From a virus, in IMG/VR virus record IMGVR_UViG_3300042307_002096, positions 1 to 64,000 of that record: a stretch of 64,000 nt of DNA, one strand, 5' to 3'. Below the pieces are notes generated by a model. It made no database searches. It was not told the origin of the DNA and was given only the letters and a program-made list of their open reading frames with translations. The position numbers and the translations under genes are program-made. Below are positions 9,003 to 18,698 of the stretch, in pieces; the stretch's first letter is position 1; every line of letters begins with the position of its first letter.

Positions 9003-9533
9003 TTAATACCAATCCGGCTTTGAGCAATTTGTCCAAGTTGCAAACGGTTTGTCTAGCTTAATATACCATTGATATTGTTCTGTAATTGGAATGTTGTTGA
9101 AACCTGCTACTCGTGACCTACAATTCATATCATTGTTAATTGCAATTGCAAACGGAGTTAAATTTGTTTGTTTGCAGTAAAGAGTCTTATCGATATTGTC
9201 TCGGCACCATTCGATGAACGTTTTTGTAAAATGTGGAGCTGATTTTGGCCAACGTCTATCCCTTTCATTAAACATTTCTAAAGCATGTTCAACAAGCCAT
9301 TTAAAATTTTGCTTCGATTCTCGAACCCATACAGCGCAAGGGTGATTAAAATATCCCTTACCTGCTTTGCGAGGAGTACCTTTTTTTGTAAGAGGAGCAC
9401 TTAAAAGAGTTTCATTATCAAAACAATGTTGGAGAAGTATTGCTGACTCTATTTGCATCTTAGAACGGCAATGTTGATCGCAAAGTTCACGAGCTGCTAT
9501 AACCGGGTTTATATTTGTTACGAATATGTTCAC
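9003..9533 (-). CDS. Pyrimidine-dimer DNA glycosylase-like protein
   Basis: MNIF..P...A..LCD.H..KM..E..., NHPC..W.RES..N..WL. Confidence 0.7.
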   Translation of the reverse strand: MNIFVTNINPVIAARELCDQHCRSKMQIESAILLQHCFDNETLLSAPLTKKGTPRKAGKGYFNHPCAVWVRESKQNFKWLVEHALEMFNERDRRWPKSAPHFTKTFIEWCRDNIDKTLYCKQTNLTPFAIAINNDMNCRSRVAGFNNIPITEQYQWYIKLDKPFATWTNCSKPDWY

Positions 9534-9626
9534 TAGACAATTCTAGTAGCATGCGTTGATTAAGTCAACTATTTTTTAATAAATTGACATTGTTAATATT
9601 TAGTCGATTATATGCTAATTACAAAC

Positions 9627-10238
9627 ATGAAAGTATTTTTGGACATGGACGGAGTGCTGGCTAATCTTTTTGACAGAGTTGCACAAGAAATTCATCATAA
9701 ACCATATAAAAATATTACTGCAGAAGAAAAAGCAGAAGCTAAAAAAATTTGGTCAAATAAAAAAGATGCAGCTAAATTTTTTAATCATCTTGGAGGAGTA
9801 GAGCATTTTTTTGCAACTCTTCCTACCTTTGGAGATAGAACTCAAGCGGTAGTCGATACAGCAATAAAGGTTGCTGGAGAATATAGGATTTGTTCACATC
9901 CAGCATCCATAGATAGAGAAGCTTCGAAAAAAGGAAAAATTACATGGATTAATAAGCATTTGAGCCCTCAGCCAATTGAGATGTTTTTTCCTCAAAATAA
10001 AGCAGATTATGCCATTGATAGAGACGGTACTCCCAACATATTAATAGATGATTTTCCTCCATATATTAATGCTTGGAGAAATGCTGGTGGGACTGCAATC
10101 GAGATGCGCACAGATAACTTCAATAATGCTCAGGAAGTTAAACTATTTTTAGAAAAAGAATTAACAAACGCAATTAAAACTCCCACCAAAGAATCATTTG
10201 ATGTAGTTATTCAACGACTACAAGAGCAATTAAATTAG
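9627..10238 (+). CDS. 5'(3')-deoxyribonucleotidase (HAD, NT5C-like)
   Basis: FLDMDGVLA, ILIDD, W..AGG motifs. Confidence 0.85.
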   Translation: MKVFLDMDGVLANLFDRVAQEIHHKPYKNITAEEKAEAKKIWSNKKDAAKFFNHLGGVEHFFATLPTFGDRTQAVVDTAIKVAGEYRICSHPASIDREASKKGKITWINKHLSPQPIEMFFPQNKADYAIDRDGTPNILIDDFPPYINAWRNAGGTAIEMRTDNFNNAQEVKLFLEKELTNAIKTPTKESFDVVIQRLQEQLN

Positions 10239-10244
10239 ATTTGA

Positions 10245-10457
10245 TTAACTATTAAAACGTTCTCTTAAACGATTTTGACGAGCAATTTTTTCTTTTTTGT
10301 GATTAGATTTGAGCTTGCGCTTCTTGCGTTGTTGTGGGGTTTCGTATGAACGGAGTCTACGGAGTTCGTCCATCATACCATCCGCATCAATTTTGCCCTT
10401 CAATCGTTTGAGTGCTCTATCAATTGGTTCGTCTTTTCTTAATTTAACTTCAAACAT
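10245..10457 (-). CDS. rpsU: 30S ribosomal protein bS21
   Basis: EPIDRALKRLK..., R..YETP..RK.RK. Confidence 0.85.
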   Translation of the reverse strand: MFEVKLRKDEPIDRALKRLKGKIDADGMMDELRRLRSYETPQQRKKRKLKSNHKKEKIARQNRLRERFNS

Positions 10458-10519
10458 ATGAGCTTTTATTTATTTGTTTAAAAACAAAATTTCTCTAATA
10501 TTTTTTAAAACCGTTAGTC

Positions 10520-13009
10520 TCATTCCTTTGTTTTCTTTTTTATTTGAGTTTTCTTTGGTTTTACTTCTTTAAAGGTCAACACCTCGCCTTCCTTTTCTGC
10601 GTTTACTAAGCTTCCTGGCTTGAACGTGTCTTTAAGTATTTCTTCTGCCATGGGATCTTCGATATATTTTTCGACTGCACGTCTCATTGGTCGAGCTCCG
10701 TATGTAGGATCATATCCTTTTTCAATTAAAAGCTCTTTAGCTGAATTACTCAACACAAGTTCAATTCCTCGTTCTTTTAATCTGCTTGTAATTTTTTGAA
10801 TTTCTAAATCTACAATTTTAATAAGTTCTGGTTTATCCAGCGAACGGAACACAATCATGCTATCCAAACGATTGATCAATTCTGGTTTAAAATGCATTTT
10901 AGCTTCTGCTAGAATTTTTTCTTTCATTGATTCGTGGTCACTAGACGGTTCAGCTTTAACGCCAAAGCCGAGACTCGTTTGCTTTTTGGCCATGGTAGCT
11001 CCGACATTAGAAGTCATGATGATAATCGTATTGCGAAAATCTACTTTTCTTCCAAACGAGTCAGTTACCTTTCCCTCTTCCAATATCTGCAAAAGAAGAT
11101 GAAGTGCATCCGGATGTGCTTTTTCTACTTCATCAAATAAAACAACGGAGTACGGTTTACGTCGAATTGCTTCAGTAAGCTGTCCTCCTTCTTCATATCC
11201 AATGTATCCTGGAGGAGGTCCGATCAACCGAGATACTGAAAATTTTTCCATGTATTCGCTCATGTCGATTTGAACAATAGATTCTTTTGTTCCAAATATA
11301 AGTTCTGCAAGAGATTGAGTAAGATGTGTTTTTCCTACACCAGTTGGACCTAAAAACAAAAATGAACCAATAGGACGTCTGGGGTCTTTGAGGTCTGCGC
11401 GCGCTCGGCGCATCGCTTTACTGATAGAAGCAACTGCCTCGTCTTGGCCAATAACCTTCTCCTCTAAATCTTTTTCCATCGTCAACAGTTTTGCTGCTTC
11501 CTTTTGTTCAATTTTAGTCAAAGGGATTCCTGTCCATTTAGCAAGAACTTGCATAATTTGATCTTCTCCTACTACGACTTCTTTTTCATGTTTGTCTTTG
11601 TTCCACTGCTCAATTGCGTCTTTTAGTAAATTTTGAACATTTCGTTCTTGGTCTCTAATGTCAGCTGCTTCTTCAAATTTTTGAGAAGAAATTGCATTAA
11701 GCTTTTGTTTGTTTAACTCTGAAATAGAATTTTCAAACGCACTAAAGTTCGGAGAAGGTACGCGAGCATCTATTCGTGCTCGGGAACCAGCTTCATCCAT
11801 AAGATCGATTGCTTTATCGGGAAGAAATCTATTAGAAAGATATCGCTCTGACAGTTTCGCAGCAGCCTCTAAAGAGCTGTCAAGAAATTTGGCTTTATGG
11901 TGTTGTTCATACTTTGGTCTAATTCCTTGTAGGATCTTTATTGTTTGTTCAATCGAAGGAGCATCTACTTTAATTTGCTGAAATCTTCTTTCTAAAGCAG
12001 CATCCTTTTCAATGTATTTTCTGTATTCGTTGAGAGTAGTTGCCCCGAGTAGTTGCAATTCGCCTCTGCTTAATGCTGGCTTAAAAATGTTTGATGCATC
12101 CATCGAGCCAGAAGCAGCCCCTGCTCCGACCATAGTGTGAATCTCATCTATAAACAAAATAACATTTCCTTCTGTCTTGACCTCGGTCATTATTGATTTA
12201 ATGCGTTCTTCGAATTGTCCTCTGTACATGGTTCCAGCAACAATCAATGCTAAATCCAATGCAATAACACGTTTATTTAAAAGAAGGTCAGGTACATTTT
12301 TTGAGGCAATTGATTGAGCTAATCCTTCAGCAATAGCCGTTTTACCTACACCAGCTTCTCCTATTAATATTGGATTATTTTTAGTACGACGACAGAGAAT
12401 TTGAATTGCTCTCTCAATTTCTTCTTCTCTTCCAATCACAGGATCCAATTCATTTTTTTCTGCTAGCTCAGTCAAGTCTTTTCCGTAAGTTGCAAGAGAA
12501 GAGCTTTTCTTTTTGGATTTTTCTTTTTGCGGTTTTTCCTCACCAGCTGGAACAAGCTCATTGGGTTTATAATTGGGATCGAGTTTGTTTAAAATTTCTT
12601 CTTTTACGGAATCGTAATCCAATCCGAGTTTGTTTAAAGTAATCGCTGCAGTTCCGTTTCCTTCGACAATGATACCAAGAAGAATATGCTCAGTGCCAAC
12701 ATACGTATGACTCATTTTTTTTGACTCTTTATCTGCTAAAGCAAGAACTTTTTTTACTCTTGGAGTCATCTGGATATTGTTTTGTTGAGTAATTTTGTCG
12801 TCATTTGGTTCGAGCTCCTCAATCAATTCGTAAATATCCTCAAGCTCTATGTCAAAATTTTTTAAAACACTAGCAGCAAGTCCTTGACCAATTTTTATTA
12901 AACCAACCAAAAGATGTTCCGTGCCTATGTAATTATGTTTAAGACTTTCAGCTTCTTTTCTGGCTAATGCTAGCGCTTGCTGAGCTCGAGGCGTAAAATT
13001 GTTTGACAT
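10520..13009 (-). CDS. clpC: ClpC AAA+ unfoldase
   Basis: Two Clp_N repeats, GEAGVGKT and GPTGVGKT Walker A, UVR middle domain (FEEAADIRD), SLGF ClpP-docking loop. Confidence 0.95.
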   Translation of the reverse strand: MSNNFTPRAQQALALARKEAESLKHNYIGTEHLLVGLIKIGQGLAASVLKNFDIELEDIYELIEELEPNDDKITQQNNIQMTPRVKKVLALADKESKKMSHTYVGTEHILLGIIVEGNGTAAITLNKLGLDYDSVKEEILNKLDPNYKPNELVPAGEEKPQKEKSKKKSSSLATYGKDLTELAEKNELDPVIGREEEIERAIQILCRRTKNNPILIGEAGVGKTAIAEGLAQSIASKNVPDLLLNKRVIALDLALIVAGTMYRGQFEERIKSIMTEVKTEGNVILFIDEIHTMVGAGAASGSMDASNIFKPALSRGELQLLGATTLNEYRKYIEKDAALERRFQQIKVDAPSIEQTIKILQGIRPKYEQHHKAKFLDSSLEAAAKLSERYLSNRFLPDKAIDLMDEAGSRARIDARVPSPNFSAFENSISELNKQKLNAISSQKFEEAADIRDQERNVQNLLKDAIEQWNKDKHEKEVVVGEDQIMQVLAKWTGIPLTKIEQKEAAKLLTMEKDLEEKVIGQDEAVASISKAMRRARADLKDPRRPIGSFLFLGPTGVGKTHLTQSLAELIFGTKESIVQIDMSEYMEKFSVSRLIGPPPGYIGYEEGGQLTEAIRRKPYSVVLFDEVEKAHPDALHLLLQILEEGKVTDSFGRKVDFRNTIIIMTSNVGATMAKKQTSLGFGVKAEPSSDHESMKEKILAEAKMHFKPELINRLDSMIVFRSLDKPELIKIVDLEIQKITSRLKERGIELVLSNSAKELLIEKGYDPTYGARPMRRAVEKYIEDPMAEEILKDTFKPGSLVNAEKEGEVLTFKEVKPKKTQIKKKTKE

Positions 13010-13154
13010 CTAGAAAAATTTATATGATTTAAATATTTTTTCAAGGATCAAATTAGTTTTCCTTGTCTTTCAATGACTTCTCTGCGTTTAAAAAATTGCT
13101 CATGAACTTATTTAATAAACTAATAAATAACCGCAATAATTTAATAAGCTTATT

Positions 13155-13231
13155 GGAGCTGTAGCTCAATTGGTTAGAGCGTCGCCCTGTCACGGCGAAG
13201 GTTGCGGGTTCGAACCCCGTCAGCTCCGCCA
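13155..13231 (+). tRNA. tRNA-Asp(GTC)
   Basis: Cloverleaf, TTCGA, encoded CCA. Confidence 0.95.
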
Positions 13232-13271
13232 GTTCCATTAAATAATATTAAGTATATGCGAATAAATTTAC

Positions 13272-13358
13272 GGAGGAGTGTCTGAGCGGCTTAAAGAGTC
13301 AGTCTTGAAAACTGAAGAGGTATAAAAGCCTCCGTGGGTTCGAATCCCACCTCCTCTT
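13272..13358 (+). tRNA. tRNA-Ser(TGA)
   Basis: tcagt-CTTGAAA-actga, long variable arm; no encoded CCA. Confidence 0.85.
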
Positions 13359-13573
13359 GATCTTCCACGTGGAATAAACAACCTGTGCCTTTTGTTTGCG
13401 GTCATATTGATGGCAATCCAACAAACAACAATTATAGCAACTTTTGAATTGTTTGTTGCAATTGTGATGCTCAGCTACCAACATATAAGTCCAAAAATTG
13501 TGGTAAAGGTAGACAATACGACAGAGAAAGATATGATATTTTCAATAAATAAACATATCATTGCAAACGAGAC

Positions 13574-13645
13574 GGGGGTGTGGTGCTAATGGTAACACAT
13601 GGCCTTTGCAAGGCTGAGTTAAGAGTTCGATTCTCTTCACCTCCA
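13574..13645 (+). tRNA. tRNA-Ala(TGC)
   Basis: G3:U70 pair; loop TT-TGC-AA. Confidence 0.85.
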
Positions 13646-13699
13646 CATTTTAACAGGGTTTAACAAGATTTACAGCAAGGTTTTTTGATAAGTAATATC

Positions 13700-14041
13700 A
13701 TGAACTTCAACTCTGCAACTTATAATGCAATTATTACTTTTAATACTGCATCGAAAGCTGGCAAAGGATTTGGCTTGTTTAATCAATGGGTTAAAAAAGC
13801 TTTGTATGGAACTTTGTTAAAAAAGGAAGGAGAGAACGGAGAGTATTCTATATACGGGCTAAATTATCAAGATGGTAAAGATTATGTTACATTTAATATA
13901 GAATCTGCTTCTTCAGAAAATATTTACTGGCAGCTAAACAATATTAAAAATTTTGTGAAAACTCTTTCAGGAGCATTAGAATTTCATGCTGATGTGCTCA
14001 TTAAATCCAAAAAAGTCTTTTGGTCTGCAGGAGAAGAATAA
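13700..14041 (+). CDS. Hypothetical protein
   Basis: TAAGTA 5 nt before ATG 13700. Confidence 0.6.
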   Translation: MNFNSATYNAIITFNTASKAGKGFGLFNQWVKKALYGTLLKKEGENGEYSIYGLNYQDGKDYVTFNIESASSENIYWQLNNIKNFVKTLSGALEFHADVLIKSKKVFWSAGEE

Positions 14042-14082
14042 TTTGTGTTGACTTATATTTTATATAAATTAACATCAACGGT

Positions 14083-14622
14083 GTGAATCAAGAACCATTA
14101 TATCATATCGATACAACTCCCGAAGAAGACAAGTTGTTTCAAGACATGCCGACAACCAAGTCTGACGCTCCTAAAAAAGGTGCATTTGCAAAAATATTTT
14201 GCATTGTTCTTAGCTTGCATGTTGCAGTAGCTGGCATCATAGGAATGAGCGCAACTAGCGCTAGCGCAAATGCAGCTTCAGAAAAATCTCAAAATTTGTC
14301 TTCTGTCACAGAGACGTTTGAGTCAACCAACTCAACTACATCAAAAATTGCTACTGTAGAGCCAACACCAAAACCAACGCCATTAAACACTCCTGCGCCT
14401 TTAAAAAAAGAACAGGCTACTACGAGCGCAAAAAAGTTACCAACAGCAACTCCACCAAAGTCAACTAACCTATTGTATACAAAAGAATATGTGGTCAAGC
14501 AAGGAGACACCATTTACAGCATTTCTAAAAAATACAAACTTAGTGTGGACCGATTAATCAAAATAAATAACATCAAAGATGTCAATAAAATACAAATTGG
14601 ACAAACTTTGAAGTTTATGTAA
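14083..14622 (+). CDS. Membrane-anchored LysM protein
   Basis: TM, Thr/Pro linker, C-terminal YVVKQGDTIYSISKKY...IQIGQTL. Confidence 0.9.
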   Translation: MNQEPLYHIDTTPEEDKLFQDMPTTKSDAPKKGAFAKIFCIVLSLHVAVAGIIGMSATSASANAASEKSQNLSSVTETFESTNSTTSKIATVEPTPKPTPLNTPAPLKKEQATTSAKKLPTATPPKSTNLLYTKEYVVKQGDTIYSISKKYKLSVDRLIKINNIKDVNKIQIGQTLKFM

Positions 14623-14631
14623 TTTGAAGCA

Positions 14632-15438
14632 ATGATCTTTAAAAATTTCTTGTCCACACTGACAAAGCACAAAATATTTAACGACAAGGGACTAACGTTT
14701 AAAGGAGCTCTTACTGCTGTAATTATGTTGCATCTAGTTGGTGCGGGATTTATTTATGGATATGTAAAGTACCAATCTTATAGATATCAAATCGTAAAAC
14801 AAAAATACAACGAACGACTACAACAAGTAGATCCTAATAAAATAGATTGGAATAACGATAAGTTAAAATTAAAAATAGTGGCTGTGCCTAGCCCAAAGCC
14901 AGCTATTAAAAAAACTAATGACACTAAATTTAACTATGCTTTACCTATTAAAGCACTATCAGATGCTACATTGAATTTTTTTATTACAGTACAATCGACA
15001 TTTAATGCAACTGTTGCTTTTGTTAATAAAGAAATCAATGACTTAACAATAAAACAACAAAGGCCGCAAACAACAATTCCGACAAAGAAACAACAAAAAG
15101 AGACGCCGTGGAAATTAGCAGCAGATAATCGTCAAACAAAACATACACAAGTAAAAAAAGTTGAACTTTCTGAAGCAGAAAAGCGATTAGCCAAGGTGCT
15201 GGAGCACGACAAGAAAAAAGCTAAAACTGAAACTATTACTATTACAGTACCACCTTCTGTATCTAGATCTATTCCGCCTATAAAAATAAAAAACCCAGTG
15301 AATACAAGACCTTTAAACAATGACTGTTTGACAGAAAAACAAATAATAAACTCAAACGAAATTAGCAGTCCTTTGAGGTATACCAGCGAAATTAATCAGC
15401 AAACAAGCGAGATAATACATACTTTTTACTCTTATTAA
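14632..15438 (+). CDS. Single-TM protein
   Basis: VIMLHLVGAGFIYG TM resembling that of the upstream gene. Confidence 0.6.
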   Translation: MIFKNFLSTLTKHKIFNDKGLTFKGALTAVIMLHLVGAGFIYGYVKYQSYRYQIVKQKYNERLQQVDPNKIDWNNDKLKLKIVAVPSPKPAIKKTNDTKFNYALPIKALSDATLNFFITVQSTFNATVAFVNKEINDLTIKQQRPQTTIPTKKQQKETPWKLAADNRQTKHTQVKKVELSEAEKRLAKVLEHDKKKAKTETITITVPPSVSRSIPPIKIKNPVNTRPLNNDCLTEKQIINSNEISSPLRYTSEINQQTSEIIHTFYSY

Positions 15439-15441
15439 AAT

Positions 15442-15699
15442 ATGAAAAATAATACACATCAACATAACTTCTTTAAATCGCAAATTACAGCAACCTTGGT
15501 TTCTATTTGGGCATTATTGCTACTAGTGGTAGCAATACTTTGGCCTCTTGGAGTAATTTGGGCAATGAATACACTTTTTGGTCTCGGTATTGCATACACA
15601 TTTTGGAATTGGCTAGCGGCTACGGTTTTGATTTTTACCATTCAAGGAGCTCTACGTATTTCTAAAAAAACAATTGATACTAGCAATTATGGAAAATAA
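15442..15699 (+). CDS. Small membrane protein
   Basis: Two hydrophobic segments. Confidence 0.6.
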   Translation: MKNNTHQHNFFKSQITATLVSIWALLLLVVAILWPLGVIWAMNTLFGLGIAYTFWNWLAATVLIFTIQGALRISKKTIDTSNYGK

Positions 15700-16213
15700 C
15701 ATTGACAGGATTCTATACAGCGAACAAACTATTTTATCAAGACTGGACAGTCTTGGCTCACAAATTAGCAATGATTATCAAGGAAAAGATCTTACGGTAA
15801 TAGCCATTATGAATGGCAGTATTATGTTTATGTCAGATTTGCTTAAACGAGTAAACATTCCTCTACAAATTGACTGTTGGAGCATTTCGAGTTATCATGG
15901 CTGTAAGTCGACAGGAACTATTAATTTTCGACAGCACGAAATAGTCGATGTCACCAACAGACACGTGTTACTTTTAGATGATATCTTAGATTCTGGATTA
16001 ACGCTACATACAATTAAAAATAAAATTTTTAATGAAACGCAAGCTTTGTCCATAAAATCTTGTGTGTTACTGTCTAAAAAAATTACACGAGCAGAAAATA
16101 TTGAAGCAGATTATATTGGATTTAAAATAGACAACGAATTTGTTGTTGGCTATGGTTTAGATTACAATGAACATTATAGAAATTTACCATATATAGGGGT
16201 CTTAAAAAACTAG
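15689..16213 (+). CDS. hpt: Hypoxanthine phosphoribosyltransferase
   Basis: VLLLDDILDSGLTL, FVVGYGLDY..YRNLPYIG. Confidence 0.95.
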   Translation: MENNIDRILYSEQTILSRLDSLGSQISNDYQGKDLTVIAIMNGSIMFMSDLLKRVNIPLQIDCWSISSYHGCKSTGTINFRQHEIVDVTNRHVLLLDDILDSGLTLHTIKNKIFNETQALSIKSCVLLSKKITRAENIEADYIGFKIDNEFVVGYGLDYNEHYRNLPYIGVLKN

Positions 16214-16248
16214 TTGACTGTCCGTTTTATTGAGTGATAATATTAGCT

Positions 16249-17253
16249 ATGAAACTAGCAACAATTGAAACAATCAAATCGCTAAAGAAGCATCCAAACG
16301 CTGACAAGCTTGAAATTGCTCAGATTCTTGGCTGGCAATCAGTTGTCCAATCTGGGATACACAAAGAGGGAGATAAAGTCGTCTTTATTGTAATTGACTC
16401 GATTGTTCCTCGTTGTCAATGGTCCGAATTTTTAGTCGATCAAAAAAATCCAGACAAACCAATTCGTTTGAAGATGATCAAGCTCAGAGGAGAACACTCT
16501 GCTGGTATTGTTATTCCGCTTAGTCAGCTTCCAGCTTCTTTTGAGTTGTATGATACTGGAACAGACGTTACTGAATTACTTGGCGTGCAAAAATATATTA
16601 AAGAACTTCCTGCTAGTCTTGGTGGAGAAAATGTTGGAAACTTTCCTACACACATTGCTTCCAAAACAGACGAAGATAACGGATTGTCTGATCCTAAACT
16701 CGTAGAGGAAGTTATTAAACAACATTTAACCATTACTCAAAAATTGGATGGATCAAGCTGTACGGTTGTTGTAGAAGACGGAGTCATTACACAAGTTTGT
16801 TCTCGTAATTTATCAAAGAAAGAAACTGATAAGAGTGCATTCTGGAATGCTGCAAAAAAACTTTCTATTTTGCCTGGATTTACTGGAGTTATCCAAGGAG
16901 AGCTTTGTGGACCTGGTATTCAGCAAAATACTCTTCGTCTTTCTGAGCCGGAACTTTTTGTATTTCAAGTTAAAAAACAAGACGGCAATTATATGAACTA
17001 CCAAGAGATGAAAGGGTTCTGTAATGTGGAATTAAAATGCAATGTCGTGCCTCTTATTGTTGAAACGTCATTTGTTGGATGTGATACTGACGTGGCTATC
17101 TCAAAGCTTCAAGATCTGGCTGACCAACAATTACTTCCAAACAAGAATCCAGCAGAAGGAATTGTAGTTCGCCCTACGGCTTATCCTAGGTCGTACGAGA
17201 GCCGGAGGCCACTGGGATTTAAAATTATTAACAGAAATTATAAAGATACCTGA
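16249..17253 (+). CDS. RNA ligase, DRB0094/Rnl5-like
   Basis: N-terminal HPNADKLE OB-like domain, KTDE, TQKLDGSS, QGELCGPGIQ, EGIVVR. Confidence 0.85.
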   Translation: MKLATIETIKSLKKHPNADKLEIAQILGWQSVVQSGIHKEGDKVVFIVIDSIVPRCQWSEFLVDQKNPDKPIRLKMIKLRGEHSAGIVIPLSQLPASFELYDTGTDVTELLGVQKYIKELPASLGGENVGNFPTHIASKTDEDNGLSDPKLVEEVIKQHLTITQKLDGSSCTVVVEDGVITQVCSRNLSKKETDKSAFWNAAKKLSILPGFTGVIQGELCGPGIQQNTLRLSEPELFVFQVKKQDGNYMNYQEMKGFCNVELKCNVVPLIVETSFVGCDTDVAISKLQDLADQQLLPNKNPAEGIVVRPTAYPRSYESRRPLGFKIINRNYKDT

Positions 17254-17287
17254 TAAATAGGTACGAAACTTTGATCTTTGAAATTAT

Positions 17288-17751
17288 GGGGGTGTACTGG
17301 TTTCGACAAATGGTTGAAATTAAAAGTGCATGTAGAGGTTGATCGATGGCCTCTTTAAAAATCGATTAAAAAAACTAAACGCAGAATCTAATAATTCTGA
17401 TCTCCTAACTGAAGCTGAATATATCTTCAACAACGCCGACGAAATTCTCGCTGGTGCTGAAGAGTTTTCACTAGCAGCCTAAGAGCCTTATACTGGATCC
17501 TCTAAAAGTATTTGGAAAATGCAGAGGGGTTGCAGTGAGTAGGTGTCTAGCAACAGAAAAGCAACAAGACCTATCGGCAATGGATGTACGATAATATCCA
17601 TAGGTAGACATAAAATACGCGGTTAGTACAACCAAACGACCTAGTGTCCGTGTTACCGCAAGGTGATTGAAACGTTGAATGTACTCAAGCATGTGAAGAT
17701 CTTTTAACGTAAGTTATTTGGACAGGGGTTCGATTCCCCTCACCTCCACCA
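17288..17751 (+). ncRNA. ssrA: tmRNA; tag ORF 17381-17482
   Basis: GGGGGTG..TTTCGAC 5' end, G3:U70, GGTTCGATTCC..CACCTCCACCA 3' end, tag ends LAA-stop. Confidence 0.95.
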
Positions 17752-17777
17752 ATTTCAAATGATTAAATAAAATAAAA

Positions 17778-17868
17778 GGACAGATGGCAGAGTTGGTCTA
17801 TTGCATCTGACTAGAAATCAGAAGTGCTCGAAAGGGCACCGTGGGTTCGAATCCTACTCTGTCCGCCA
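17778..17868 (+). tRNA. tRNA-Ser(AGA)
   Basis: tctga-CTAGAAA-tcaga, long variable arm, G73, CCA. Confidence 0.85.
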
Positions 17869-17869
17869 C

Positions 17870-17968
17870 TTATTTCTTTTTTTTATTAGCTCCTTTTTGA
17901 GAAGATTTGGAACCTGGTTGTTTTGGTTTCTTTTTTTCTTTTTTTTGTGAGAGATTTCCTTTAGCCAT
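17870..17968 (-). CDS. 32-aa Lys-rich peptide (not in ORF track)
   Basis: MAKGNLSQKKEKKKPKQ...; TAAGTA upstream. Confidence 0.45.
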   Translation of the reverse strand: MAKGNLSQKKEKKKPKQPGSKSSQKGANKKKK

Positions 17969-18025
17969 AGTAATATTACTTATTTTTTTCTTGACAATTT
18001 TTTTAATTCAACTAGTATATAAATC

Positions 18026-18337
18026 ATGCAACCAACCATCAAAACATTAAGGCAAAGTGGATATAAAGTGCGAGTGATTCATACTCGAAATTATAAGATC
18101 GTTAAAAAAATAAGCGGAGATCATTGTGAAATTTTGGCGCGAGGAGGAAGCACAACAATTCAAATTACAACTCCTGACAAAAAATACGATGCACAAGGAG
18201 TTGCTGAATGCTCCGACAAAGACAATTTTAGCAAAAAAACCGGAAACTTTATTGCTGTTGGACGAGCACTAAAAGAACTAAAAGAAATGATGGAAAACGA
18301 TTGCATTTCCAATGAAGATTTTAATAATATTGGTTGA
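18026..18337 (+). CDS. Small phage protein with GxAxCxxxDxFxxxxGxxIAxxRA motif
   Basis: GVAECSDKDNFSKKTGNFIAVGRAL; TTGACA promoter upstream. Confidence 0.65.
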   Translation: MQPTIKTLRQSGYKVRVIHTRNYKIVKKISGDHCEILARGGSTTIQITTPDKKYDAQGVAECSDKDNFSKKTGNFIAVGRALKELKEMMENDCISNEDFNNIG

Positions 18338-18362
18338 TCTGTCCACTATTTAATAGTAGAGT
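18334..18362 (+). promoter_or_regulatory. Early-type promoter TTGATC-TGTCC...TAGAGT
   Basis: 17-nt spacer; precedes tRNA block. Confidence 0.55.
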
Positions 18363-18370
18363 ATAAAAAC

Positions 18371-18598
18371 GCTCGAGTGGAGTAGAGCAGTTAAAGAAGA
18401 CCTAGCTTCTATAAAATTCTAGAAAGATTTTTGAAAAATTAATTTTTACGCCTCCATGATGAAATTGGTAAACATTGTCGACTTAAAATCGACTGCTCTT
18501 GAGCTTCCCGGTTCGAATCCGGGTGGAGGTACCATTTTTTTTGTCAATTATTTATACAAAAAAAAAAAATTAAATTTCGAGTCCCTTCTCGAGTACCA
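18371..18598 (+). pseudogene. Disrupted tRNA: 5' end 18371-18380 and 3' end 18576-18598 flanking tRNA-Leu
   Basis: GCTCGAG pairs with CTCGAGT-A-CCA; TTCGAGTCCC T-loop fragment. Confidence 0.55.
18450..18534 (+). tRNA. tRNA-Leu(TAA)
   Basis: gtcga-CTTAAAA-tcgac, variable arm, CCA. Confidence 0.9.
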
Positions 18599-18608
18599 AT
18601 TTAACAAA

Positions 18609-18695
18609 GGGTTACTATACCGTTAAAGAGACGGTCCGGACTGTAAATCCGGCATGCATCGCATTCGCTAGGAGCATTACCTAGGTGGCCCACCA
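18609..18695 (+). tRNA. tRNA-Tyr(GTA), atypical T- and D-loops
   Basis: ccgga-CTGTAAA-tccgg, paired acceptor stem, CCA; T-loop AGCATTA. Confidence 0.75.
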
Positions 18696-18698
18696 TAC

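Noticed and set aside
13053-13589. ORF-track calls at 13053, 13299 and 13392 (also 17471 and 19097)
   Set aside because: They overlap tRNA/tmRNA genes (mostly antisense) and have no protein-like features.
13574-13645. Reading the tRNA as Cys(GCA)
   Set aside because: Stem register gives TGC, and G3:U70 indicates Ala.
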